From the NCBI GenBank assembly GCA_012295275.1, contig CM022665.1, positions 40,796,001 to 40,860,000 of the forward strand: 64,000 nucleotides of DNA. Direction: 5' to 3'. The stretch comes from Chrysomallon squamiferum. Taxonomy: Eukaryota; Animalia; Mollusca. The notes beneath the pieces were generated by a model. The model saw only the letters and a program-made list of their open reading frames with translations, was not told the origin of the DNA and did not search any database. Of the stretch, positions 1 to 12,565 are shown piece after piece (within the stretch, counting starts at the first letter, position 1; each line of letters opens with the position of its first letter). The translations under genes were made by a program, and so were the position numbers.

Positions 1-2067
1 AAAAATATCCACTGAAATATATATATGTTTTCTTATAATTGCTTCAGCGATAATTAGAATAACAACACCAGCAGCCACAGTAACAAAATTAACAATAACA
101 GCAACAGGAATAATAATAATAATAATAAAATGTAAAAATAATGGTGCTTTTATTAAAAAGCTCAGATCATTTTACTCTGAACTGGAAAAAGAGAAAAAGA
201 GTTAGTTGACCCGGTAACTACTAACATACCAAATAAATCTACTGGGAAACGCTTCATAAAGTCAGTCACTCGACACGTTATTAGTACGAGCAAAAACAAT
301 CCATTATTATGTCATCAGTCTTGTTTACACATGTGTCAATGCCATGAGAGTAAACTTGATGTCACATCTGACCTTCCAGTTTAGTTGAACCGTCAATCAA
401 CACGACCCGATTAGATTCTGCCATTTAATACATACGCATGCCACTGCAACCATACACATTTTATAGCAGCTGAGATGGCCCATTCAGTCATAGATTTATT
501 GGCCAAAATGTTTTTACAAAAAAAAAAAAAAAAAAGAACAAAAAAACAAAACAAACAAAAAACCTGGGACAAGGTGTCATCTAGATCATTTCTAGTTTCA
601 ACAAAAGTCGAGCAGCAAAACTATAGATTGTGACAAGACTAAAAAAATCTTCGACTTTTATAAATGATCTCTGTCAAGATAATATATATATATTTTTTTT
701 TTTTTTGCTGCATAACAATGAGTCAGCAATTTATTATACGTGTTTGTGTGTGTGTGTAGACATAATAAATAAACTAATATTATTTTCAAATATCCAAATA
801 CCGTGAAAGCAAAATGTTTCCAAATGCATTTCTGAGGTAAATGTTTATTTTTAATACAAAGTTCAACCAATCATGGATTATCACGAATATGTATGCGTAA
901 TATATTCTGCATTTAATAAACAAGAGCATTTTAATTCTAAAACACTAAAAAGAAACACACACACACACATTGTTCAAATACGTTTCTAATAACTAAACCT
1001 TTAATTATAACATTTTGCCAAACTAATGGCAACAAAACCGACATTTACTTTGTCAACAGAACTTTACCCGTGTACAAGGTAGGCTACAATAAACCCTATT
1101 ATTCTTTAACATGTTGGTGGAAGAATTGAAGAAAGGTCAAACCTAGAACAGGGCACTTGTTCTGATTTAAATAACGCGTCCATACGATGACCAAACACGA
1201 GCGAGTTTGGTTTTCCTGTTTACATCAATATCACACAGGTGTCATGTTTACCCTGCCTCGTCCAGGTAAACGCCGGAATTTTGTTTACCAATCACATTCT
1301 TTCGTCTAACGGTTTAGCCGCTTCTGTACACGAAATACCAGAGGTTAAAAACTGCAGTCCACGTTTCTATTTCTTTTGTGTTTTTTCTCCCGAATTCATT
1401 TTTTTTTTTTTTCTTATTTTTATACAAGAAAGAAAAAGAAAATTTATGGAAGTATTCAGACGATTAATTTTTTTAGTATAATGTTACGTTATTATTATTA
1501 TTTTTTTTTTTTTCTTAAAATGTTTATGAAAAATTAAATAATATAATTTTGTGTGTGTGTGTTATTATTCCTTACAACAATGTCAACAGTGGTAGTAGCA
1601 GTAGCAGCGGCAGCAGCAATAATAATAATAATAATAACAACAACAATAATAATAATAATTTATTTTTTATTATTATTATTATTTTTTTTTTTTTTTTTTT
1701 TTAAATTAAATAGCTGTAAGATGGATATTGGTTACCATGAATGCTAAATAAATACAATTACATTTTATATCAGCCCACAGTAACAAAAATGGCGGCAAGG
1801 AGATTGGTTACCATGAATACCGAGTGACTCACTTCGCTCGAAGTACACAGGTAAAATGTCAAAACACGGAACACTGACAAGTTTTATCTGCGAGAACGAT
1901 TTCGTTTCAGTTTACATTAACCTTCTGTAAATACAAGTGATTCGCAACAGGTTACAATGAAATTTGCCCGTTGGTTGTAAAATCGTGAGACGGGTAACTA
2001 CATTTTTTTTTTTTTTTTTTTTTTATCTGTTTTCGAACAAAAAGAAAAACAAACAACAAAAATAGTA

Positions 2068-2106
<39 letters not shown>

Positions 2107-2793
2107 ATTGACACAATACAGCTGTGACTATAACTACAACAACTACTGTTGATCTTGCACTCCTTCCGCTACATTACTAATATTTATAGTTTAAAAAGTA
2201 AAGAATTATATTTATGAAATATTGTTGTGTGCAGGTATTATAATTTGTTATCGTTGTTATTTTGCTGATTTCGCGATTGCTGTTATTATTATTGATGTTG
2301 TTGTCGTTTTGAAAATATATGCACAAAATTCAAAGAACAAAAAATCACCCTATTTTTTCTAAAAATAAATATAAAGATAACAAAAAACAAAACTAACGAC
2401 ATCAACGTGATAGTATAGTTTTGTTGTCATTGTTCCACATTTTTATTTATTTAATGTAGACATTTTATTAAAATGACACTTTTTAAGTAAAAATATATAC
2501 CTAAACATAAAAAATAAAAAAAAAAATAAAAGATAATAATAATAATAATAATAATGTTTAATATGTTTTATTTATATAATTTAATTTATTTTTTTGTATC
2601 TTTTCTGCCATCATCCGGTATAATTATATACATATATGTATATTCTGAAATGTAAGCTAATTTGCTGAAGCCAAATTCAAGCACACGTGTGTAATAAGAA
2701 TCGATTATTTTATCGTGCGCTTGCAAAAATGTTATCTGTAAAATAATAACATTTAACCTACTGCAGTATTTTCCATGTGGAATCTATACGGGT

Positions 2794-2795
<2 letters not shown>

Positions 2796-2847
<52 letters not shown>
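2796..2847. repeat. (GT)n microsatellite
   Basis: Perfect dinucleotide run. Confidence 0.97.
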
Positions 2848-2848
<1 letters not shown>

Positions 2849-3653
2849 TGTGCATGCATGTTTATAAAATATAGACAATGAAAATGTGTGTTTGTGTACG
2901 TGCGTGCACGGCGTGGATTTGTTTACGAGTGTGCGCTTCTTTTGCAGAACTGCAGACACCGTAATATAAAACTGAACTCGACGAGGACAAATTCTCTCGC
3001 AGGCGTACACGAGAAAAGTGTGCATATAATTTATAACAAGACACGAGTCTAGTGTGGCGGCGGTTCGCGAAACCTTCAACTCGTTCAGGTTGTGGCTGGC
3101 GTAATTTAGTGGGTTAATTCCTTGACAGGTAGGCAAACATTTGGAATTCCTTGCACACTCTGGGCTCCAGGCCGAGATCAGACTTTATCAGCTGTCAGTC
3201 AAATCGCGCCGACAATTCAATCACGTACGTATGTGAGCTACGTGGATAATTGTCATGCTTAATAAATGTCGATAGATTGTATCTTACACTGCTGGCACGC
3301 ACTGGCTAGTCGCGAATGATTCGCAAAAAGCTTTTGATAATTAAATTATCTTTTAAGTATATTGTAGGTATTATTTATAATATCGCAAAATAAGCTTGAG
3401 ATTAGGATACGGCAAAACATGGGCTGTAAATAAAACTTTGTGGGTGTTATTCTGCACAAAAAGACGATGGTAAAATGTATCTGTGCCTATTGTATTTTGT
3501 GTACAGTAATATCTCTGAATTGTGTTTGTAAATGAAGCTGTGTTTGCATTGTTCCATATAAAAGATAATGAAGAAATAAATCTGTAATATTTTGTATACG
3601 TATATTAATAACAGAGAAAATAATACCATGTTGTATCTGTGTGTGTATGTATG

Positions 3654-3695
<42 letters not shown>

Positions 3696-5525
3696 ATATA
3701 TAAAAGATATGGTTACTGAATATGGCATACTATATTTCACTATATCAGTTATTGTTAGGTAGTCTATCTATCTATCTATCTAGTATAGATATATATATAT
3801 ATTCAAATTTAAAAAAAAAATAGAGATGTGATTTTTGGTATATTAAAACCTGATAAACATAAGTTCTGAACTATTGTTATGAAGTAGGTTTTTGAATAAT
3901 ATTATACTGTATGCAAAAAAAAGAAAAAAAGAAGATATGTACACAATAGCTGAATCAATACGAGCTCTAAATTTTACTGTTTGACAAATATCTATCTATC
4001 TATCTATCTATCTGTATATATAAAATACTCTGTTATATTTTAAAAATACAAGATTTAGAATATTATAATAAAATTAATCTGGAATAAAACAGTTTGTACT
4101 GAAAGTAATAACTATGTTAGAATCTCTGAACTACTGGATGAGAGACCATTGTGATTAAATGTATTTTATATGAAATATTTTTGATTGCCGTTATTAATAT
4201 TTTAAAAAATTATTAATTATTAAAATAACGCTATACTGCGTGAAAATTAAAAATTAAAATAATAAAAACAGTTATGATTTCTGAAATAATGAAATGAAAC
4301 TTGCGCAAATTTCTTTTTGCCATTAATAAAATATTAATTAATTAATGCAAGGCAAGGCAAGGCAAGGCAAAATAAATTTAAGAATAGCATTATGCAGTAT
4401 AAAAAAAATATAATAATAATAATAAAAAGTCAAATGAAATAAAAATGGTGATAAGATTTTTCTTATAACGACATAAATCTGACATAGAATATTAGGTATT
4501 ACTTGTATTAATTCATATCAATAAGTTCTGAATTATTCCATTGCAAAATAAATTAATTAATTAAAATAATAATAAAAAAAACAACCTAATAGGTATGTGA
4601 AGAAATAATTTCTTAATACCTTTTTGGATTATATTAAAACGCTCTGAATTAATGAAGAGCTAAATATTTTTATAAATAATAGTGTTCAGTATGTAAATAA
4701 AACGATAAAGGATTTTTTTATAAACTGGAATAAATCAAAATTTAATGATATCATTATTAATAACGCCATTAAACACATTTATTATTAACAATATGCATTT
4801 TTATTTTTTACTAATATTATGCTATATTAAAAATAATTTTTTTTAAATTGTTTTATGTTATTAGCATAATGAAATAAACTGAATTCGGAATAAATTATTT
4901 TGTATTAATTAATTTATAACGTCGGAAATTATAATTATAGAGTTCAAAATAATAGGTTATAATATTTAAAAAAAAATAATAATAATAATTATTAGTTGAA
5001 GAGTAACTAATTTCAATGCAATAAATTATTTTTGGTATAAAATAAGATTGTAAAAAAATAATAAAAAATCTATTATTAATTTACAGAAAAATAAAATCAG
5101 GAAGACAATATTAATATAATATATTAATCGAGAAATATATATCTTGATTAAGTCCAATTTCTATAGCTATATAAAGAAAACTTTTTAAAGAGATATCAAA
5201 TTTAAGAAAAAGAAAACAAATTTAGAATATTTAGAAACACATTTTATTCCAGTGGGCCAAAGAAAAACTGTTTTAAAAGATAATATTTTTTTTCACCTAT
5301 CTTAGCAGCTTTGAACATAACTGATTTAAATAAAATCTTCCAGTAGAATAAAAAATAAAAAATATTAAATAAAAAAAACAATAAACAGACTCGCAACAAA
5401 TTCATCATTATAAACTATATAAACTACTGTGATAACGTCTTGTGATGATGATAATAATAATATAATAACAACAACAATAATAATAATAACAATAATGATA
5501 ATAATAGTAATAAATGATAATGATG

Positions 5526-5571
<46 letters not shown>

Positions 5572-6629
5572 CAAAAAATAAATAACGCATTACCCATAAT
5601 AAAAATAAAACACACCTTTTATAGTTATTTCATATACATTAAAAAATATTCATTATCCTTTGTATAACAATCTAATTATTAGAACTGTCAAAAACCATGT
5701 AAAATGTGATGTAGTATCAAATCATAATGGATCATAAAAAAAAAAAAAAAAATTAAAAAAAATAATATGAGTGATACATTTTAATATACCGTCATCACTG
5801 AATGTATTAATAGATATCATCCTTAAATATATGATCAGTCTTATTACCCATCATAATTTGATAAATCTTTATCTCTGATTTCTTGTCATAAAATTTCCAT
5901 TTCGATGTGATATTTAACGTATTAAATACTGTAATAAAATGACTGCATGGTAATAAGGCCAAACCGATGATAGATCAGGATAGGGATTACTAGCCGCAAC
6001 ATTGAGCCAGCAATATCCCGCGTATGTAATATTGATCGTTTAGCGACGGAATGATACACGATGTTAAGTTTACTTCTTCTATCTGTAGGAAAATTAAAAT
6101 AGTCATACAGACATAAATAAATATCCTGCAAACAGAATAATATTATTTTATGTACATGTTCAGGACGTACTGACATACTTAACAATAGCATGTTTCAGTT
6201 TGTCTCTGTTTTATTTCTAACCGTTCCTTATCTCTGTTTCCCTCTCCATCTGTCTCTCTGTCTCTCTCAAGCAAACACACACACATAAAATTATATAAAA
6301 ATACATCGTCGATTACAAATATGTGAACAGAAAAAAAAAAAAAAAACCCGTTTATTCGCGATAAAAAGCAGGTGAAAACAGCATGAAAACAGAAATTATA
6401 AACACAAGTTAAAAAAAAAAGAAGAAGAAGAAGAAAAAGCAAAGAAAAGAAACGAAACGAAAAGAAAAAAAAAAAAAAACCCTGCAACTATTTATTTCTA
6501 TTTAAAAGAGTCTTTCAACACTAAAAATACCGTTACAATTCGATTCAAATTTTTTTACTTCTTCGTCTTTCTTTTTTTTTTTTACTCCATCTTTTCTGTT
6601 TCTCGTATCAAATGAGATTGGAAAAACGG

Positions 6630-6660
<31 letters not shown>

Positions 6661-6845
6661 GAAAAGAGAAATCAGAAGAAAACGAGATCAAAGACAGTGG
6701 TGTCAAAGCCAGAAATAAACAGAGACAATTTCATCAAGAAAGCAATTACTTCTTTGTCCAATCTCCAATAAAACCATTAGAGTATATCCCTGAAGCACTT
6801 ACAATATACCCATCAAAATAAAGGTTTCAAAGACACACAGCTTAC

Positions 6846-8700
6846 CAAATAAAGCAATGGAGATTGCTGATGCTAATGCCGTTCAATCTAATTTTCTCCC
6901 AAAATGATGGATTTACTACAGGAAGGGGAAAAAAAGGAAGAAGAAGAAGGGGTAAAAAAAAAAAAAAAAAAAAAAAAATACGAACCACACACACAACTAA
7001 AAGAAATGCTGTATTTACCGGAAATGAAAGGACTGTTGGTGAATCCCAATGCCTTTCCTCCTGGGAGATCCAAAATGCTAGAAAATGTCAGAGCACAAAA
7101 TCACGGGTTGCCCATATCCCAGCTTTATTGCTATTTCATGATCTTCCGCCTTGCCGTACTCCTGTTGTGCGCCATCAATTTCACATCACCAAATGTTTAT
7201 GCGGAATTACGTATCGATCCTGTACGAGGTTCAGCGGAGTTTCTTGCAATCATCCCGCTAGGGCTAGGAAAGCAACATGCTGACTCGCTGCCGAGCCGCC
7301 ATTCAAGCGCGATATTTTCACCGATAGCTGCGGCGCAGAGACGAGCTTTGTGGTAGCGCTTCTGTCCCTTTCACGTAACGGCAATGTAAGAATGTGGACA
7401 TTTTCATTCCACAGGATTCTGGCAAGTGGATAGAAAACCTAATGGGAATTTTATCTTCCAGAAAACGCTTTCCACGGCATATGTTCTCAATTTCCCGCGC
7501 CTTCTTTTAGTAGCAGACGACAGTTCCACAGTTGGCGAGGAGATCGCCTATGGCTCATTACGAGACGCCCACCTTCGAGTGTAATTGTGCTTGATTATCA
7601 AAACGAAGCGGCATGCTCGTACATCATCGAGTAAACAAGACGTCCGCTTTATACGGTTGCTCGTAAATCTAGGGCAGTTGTTTCGTGTGGCTGGCGGAGA
7701 ACCGCTATGCGCAGATCACAATCAAATACTCAGCACCCACAGAAAAAAGAAAAAGAAAAAAATTCGAAAAAAAAAAATCAAGCGTTCCCTGGTTAAACAA
7801 ATATGCTACAATGAACATTTTGCAGCGCTCAAAAAGAAATTAATTCGTTTTAAATGTTCTTTTCTTAAAAATCCCCTTACAGTGTTAAAAGCTACTAAAC
7901 TTTCATGCGTGAGTGAATGAGAAATTAAGCATGAGATACAGGTTTACAACGAGTCCATTGAACACCGATAATGACCTTACCTAGTGCTGTTTCCTTGTTG
8001 TTAACACTAATCCTCATGTCCCGTCAGTGTGTGGCAAATAATCATCAGAGATGGTCGAATCAATTGGCCTTTTAATCAGACCAGCATCTGCTCGGATATG
8101 GAGTTCATTAATTAGCGATTATTCGTACCGTCTTAACTTGAGTACTCCACTTGACACGAAAATTCCCCAGCCGCAAGTAATTAAACGATGGCTGATCTTT
8201 TGAAAAAGTTCAATCTCAACTTCATACTGAATAAATAATACTTTTTTTGAAGAAGAAGAAGAAGAAAAAAATATATATATATTAAATTATAAAAGTAAAT
8301 ATCTCTTACACGAGTTTCTCTTAACAGAACATACTCCGTTAAAAAAGAAACTAACGTGGTATCCTGCCAGCGTTCGCTGCGGCGTGGTCAAATACGTCTG
8401 TGTCTGGATTTGGCATGTGTCAACAGCGAACACTACACCTACCCCTTGTTTGCTAGGGCATGTGTTTCGAGTCCTCCTGCAAAACAAAAACTTTTGTGAC
8501 CCTGGGATCAGCCCGAACGCGTGACAGCGCCGAATTTACTTTACGAGGCAGTTCGTGTTGCTGTTCCCCTTCCCTCAACCAATAGCGCTCAGTGCTGCCT
8601 TTGACAGGCGTATTTTTCGTGAGAGCTAACGCATCAGTTAGCCTGTTAAATGGGACGAAAGGAAAAATTGTGAACACTTCGGTAATGTCAACAAATGTTC
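6846..8700. promoter_or_regulatory. CpG-retaining promoter-like region with a probable non-coding first exon on the minus strand
   Basis: Among the most CpG-dense stretches in the window (12 CpG in 7261-7380). YY1 motif GCCGCCATT 7295-7303, E2F-like TTTCCCGCG 7491, minus-strand donor TTG|gtaagc at 6845. Confidence 0.5.
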
Positions 8701-9289
8701 ATGAAAAGGTGATTTCGACTAAGAAAATAGATGATTTCAGTAGCACTTGCACATTACAGTAAATATTTGTATAGTTCAATATTACTCAGACATAGTGACA
8801 CTGTGATGTAGTTTTACAAGTTACATATATTTTACAGTTAAACAGATCCATATGCAGATACACATGTTACATACTACACTTATGATACGTCAGACATTCC
8901 TTACATATAGGTATATATATATATATACATGTTAAATATGCTATAAAAAATGTTATCTGTTGCTTATGTGTTATACAGATATACACTTTATATATATTGT
9001 GTACATATACATATTACATACATGGTTATTTAGATGTACTGGGTATTCAGATGTGCCCATCCTTTATGAAAATAGAACGCATAAAACATACTCAAATAAG
9101 ACCTGTATATTGAAAGATGCATCCTGGAGTTGTATTCATACTTATAATTATATATGCATATGTTTTCAAACTTTTAGGTAAAATATATATGAATGTATTT
9201 ATATATTCACATCTACAAACCTGCGCAGACATTCATACTAGTATGTCTGTTCGTATGAAATTTTTTAAAACTGGATTATAAATCTCATA

Positions 9290-9381
9290 TATGTACATAC
9301 ATACATACATATAAAAAACCATATTAAACCATATTAACCTCAGAGTGCGTACGTATGTGCGTGTGCATGAATGCATGTATG

Positions 9382-9412
<31 letters not shown>

Positions 9413-10130
9413 TATGTATGTATGTATGTATGTATGCATGCATGCATGCATGTATATAATTATGTGTATATATATAACTATGTATATATGTATGAATGTC
9501 TATGTGTGTGTATTACTGGTTATTACTTGCATAAACCTCTGTATTTCTGTTCTCTTCATTACTAGACGTCTCTAACAGAAATGCCAGCAGAGATACGTTA
9601 CCGCTATCTTCCTCTCTGTATACAGTGCGTTCACATCTGTCTGCTTAACGTGGCTGCCAACTGGTCAGTGAGTTATGCGTCAGATACGAAACAGAAGGTT
9701 AATTAAGATAACATCAAGAAGATTCACATTTAATACTGAGCTCTATATTGTCTATAATTATGTAGTCAGGTTCCACAAGAACGAACTCGAGGGCTGTTCG
9801 ATATGCGTGTTAGGTCGATAGACGGACTAACATGATTATGCACAATATATCCATACAAACATACATGCATACATCCGAATATATATACATATGCAAACAA
9901 ATAAAAAACAGTATGTGTGTTTGTGTGTGCTGTGTGTGCACAAAAAAATACATACACACTTACATACATATATATTTATATATATATACACATGAATAGA
10001 TACATACATATTTAAGTTTATTAGGTGTACACACATACATACATATACTCACATACTTGCATAAATATTTAAGTACACACACATACACACACATACGTGC
10101 AGACAGGCATATACGTACATACATGCACAC
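9290..10130. repeat. (TATG)n and (CATA)n degenerate tetranucleotide arrays
   Basis: TATG array ~9350-9510 and CATA-rich array ~9850-10130; another TATG array at 15250-15480. Confidence 0.9.
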
Positions 10131-10683
10131 GTTAAGACGCAAAAACATACTTTATCCACTCTATATAAATAAAATAGACACATAACGTAGATATCTATCT
10201 TACTTACGAGCGTTTATAAACGTAACTGAAATTTTATTTCTGCTACTTGCTGGTTCATGGTGGAATTGATTATCTATGTAACGCAATAATTAGGCTCTGT
10301 CGAGTCTACGTAACATACATCTCGTATTTATATCAGATAATAACAGCCAGTAACGAGATACGTAGTGAGCCATGCCTAATGTGATTGTAACTTCAGACTC
10401 CCTGTCACCTTGATTATGTGGGTGGACACTTTTGAAACGTGCTGCTTTCCAGCTGTACTGGGAAACAGTACGCGTGTCATATCTACAGGCAGCCAGAAGT
10501 AAAACGTGAATTGATTTTATAGATTTGTATAGGTGGCCTCCACTGTGTATACCGTTCCGTTCGTTGCTCGTAACACCTAAGTAGATATGAGTGAGAGGTT
10601 TTTTTTTTTTTTTTTATTATTCTATAATGTGGTTAATGTTGAAGGCAAGTGAGTGGTGTAGTTTTAAACAGCGTATAGAGGAT

Positions 10684-10695
10684 GAGAGAGAGAGA

Positions 10696-10793
<98 letters not shown>

Positions 10794-10888
10794 CAGACAG
10801 AGAGAGAGAGAGTCATGTATACAGCTATACGCACAAAAATGTGTAATTTTATTACTACTACTACTGCTGCTGCTGCTACTACTACAAC

Positions 10889-10928
<40 letters not shown>

Positions 10929-11065
10929 ATTAGTATTATTATTGCTGGTAATGTTGTTGTTGTTCTGTTATTGTTATTGTTATTGTTATTGTTATTGTTG
11001 TTATTATTACTACTACTACTACTACTACTACTACTATCATTATCATCATCATTATTGTTATTATT
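10684..11065. repeat. Compound microsatellite: (GA)n followed by (TAC)(TGC)(TAT)(TGT)(TGTTAT)(TAC)(ATC) runs
   Basis: Directly visible; source of several homopolymer pseudo-ORFs. Confidence 0.97.
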
Positions 11066-11583
11066 GATACCTGTTAACATTTTAAAGATTAACATTAGTT
11101 CATCCATCAATTTAAAACTGCATCTCTGTTTCCTTACCTAAGTTATTATCTTCCTGATGTCTCACGTCGTTTCTTCATTACGAAATATTACTTCATTAAA
11201 ATAACGCCACGCAATAAGAATAATTTCGTGTCGTTATTACCAATGATTCGCATTCTCCTCATCACTCTGTCAATTTACTGGTCCGGTGAGTAATAACATT
11301 TTAAATGATACGACAGGACCAAAGCATTTTGCCATCTGTCAGATCTGCTCGGTGGGGTGACCACTCGACTGGTCATCTTGGTGTACTTCAGTTGCGATTG
11401 GACTCGCAGGTAGAAAGGCAGGGTTTGTATGAAGTAAAAATCATGGTATCTTTGTGTCTGCTGAAGTGACACCCACTTCAGTGTCAGAACGGGAATTAAT
11501 TAATTAATCAGTGAAAGATCACGATTTCTTTATGAAGAAAGAGACCCCCCAAAAAAGTGAATCAGAGAAAGAAGGAGTAAATG

Positions 11584-11587
<4 letters not shown>

Positions 11588-11666
<79 letters not shown>
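11588..11666. repeat. (GA)n microsatellite
   Basis: Perfect run. Confidence 0.97.
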
Positions 11667-11667
<1 letters not shown>

Positions 11668-12202
11668 AGTTAAAGAAACTATGCACCCATCATTTAGACA
11701 TAAATACTAATAAAAAATAATGTTGATGATAGTAGTAATAAACCAGCAGCAAAGCGCTAGTAGTTATTATTTACATTTACAAAAGAAACAAACTAAGAAA
11801 CGCTGAAAATGAACAAACAAATAAAGAACATATAAAAAAAAAAAAAACCTAACATAACTAACAGTAAAAACAAAAAGTTCACAAAAATGAACGACAGTAC
11901 CTCGTTTCAGCAGCTGAGATTAAACTGAGTGAAGACAACAAACCACAAATTTAGAACAGTTTCTACATTTAAAAAAAAATAATCTTCTATGAAGTTTTCT
12001 GTTTGAAAAGAGCTTTTCCAATAACATTAAGTGTATTTCATGTCAAATCTTAAACGGCTTGTCAGTGAATGTAACACATGAACTGTTTCCATTTATAAGG
12101 TCCATTTAGCAAATGAAAAGAACGTTTCGTATCTTCCATCTTCATTGTACACTGGGACTCCAGCAAATTAGACTTAATCGAACGCTTTAAACCAGTTTGG
12201 AT

Positions 12203-12411
12203 ATAGGTTCAGTATACGTGAATATAGGCTTAGGATACGTAGATGTAGGATTAGGATACATGAATAAAGGATTAGGATACGTGGATGTAGGCTTACCTTA
12301 CGTGAATATAGGCTTAGGATACGTAGGTGTTGGCTTAAGAAACGTGAACATAAGCTTAGTATACGCTGATATAGGATTAGACTAGTGAGTTTAGGATTAG
12401 GATACGTAAAT
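12203..12411. repeat. 21-bp minisatellite, about 10 diverged copies
   Basis: Consensus ATAGG(C/A)TTAGGATACGTG(A/G)AT; explains the pseudo-ORF 12197..12385 (GLGYVxx repeats). Confidence 0.9.
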
Positions 12412-12511
12412 CCAGTGGATCACGCGTCTTACACATTCTTATTTTGGCTGACATTGGACATTTTTTATAGATTTATTTTGTTTGTTTTTCTTTGTTTTGT
12501 ATGTATGTATT

Positions 12512-12565
<54 letters not shown>

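Noticed and set aside
3800-5350. Extremely AT-rich stretch with recurrent TCTGAA/ATTAAAAC motifs (NUMT or old satellite)
   Set aside because: No mitochondrial gene or tRNA is recognisable, and I could not define a stable repeat period.
6864-7356. 139-150-aa plus-strand ORFs
   Set aside because: They span a poly-A run (poly-Lys), have no recognisable domain, and are better explained as GC-rich promoter/UTR sequence.
10591-11141. Poly-ER/L/I/N ORFs here and at 5365-5615, 9233-10148, 15216-15506, 24728-25209 and 26068-26471
   Set aside because: Translations of microsatellites.
11461-11487. Overlapping small hairpins CTGAAGTG/CACTTCAG and TGACAC/GTGTCA
   Set aside because: Too short to distinguish from chance, and there is no Helitron CTRR end or other supporting context.
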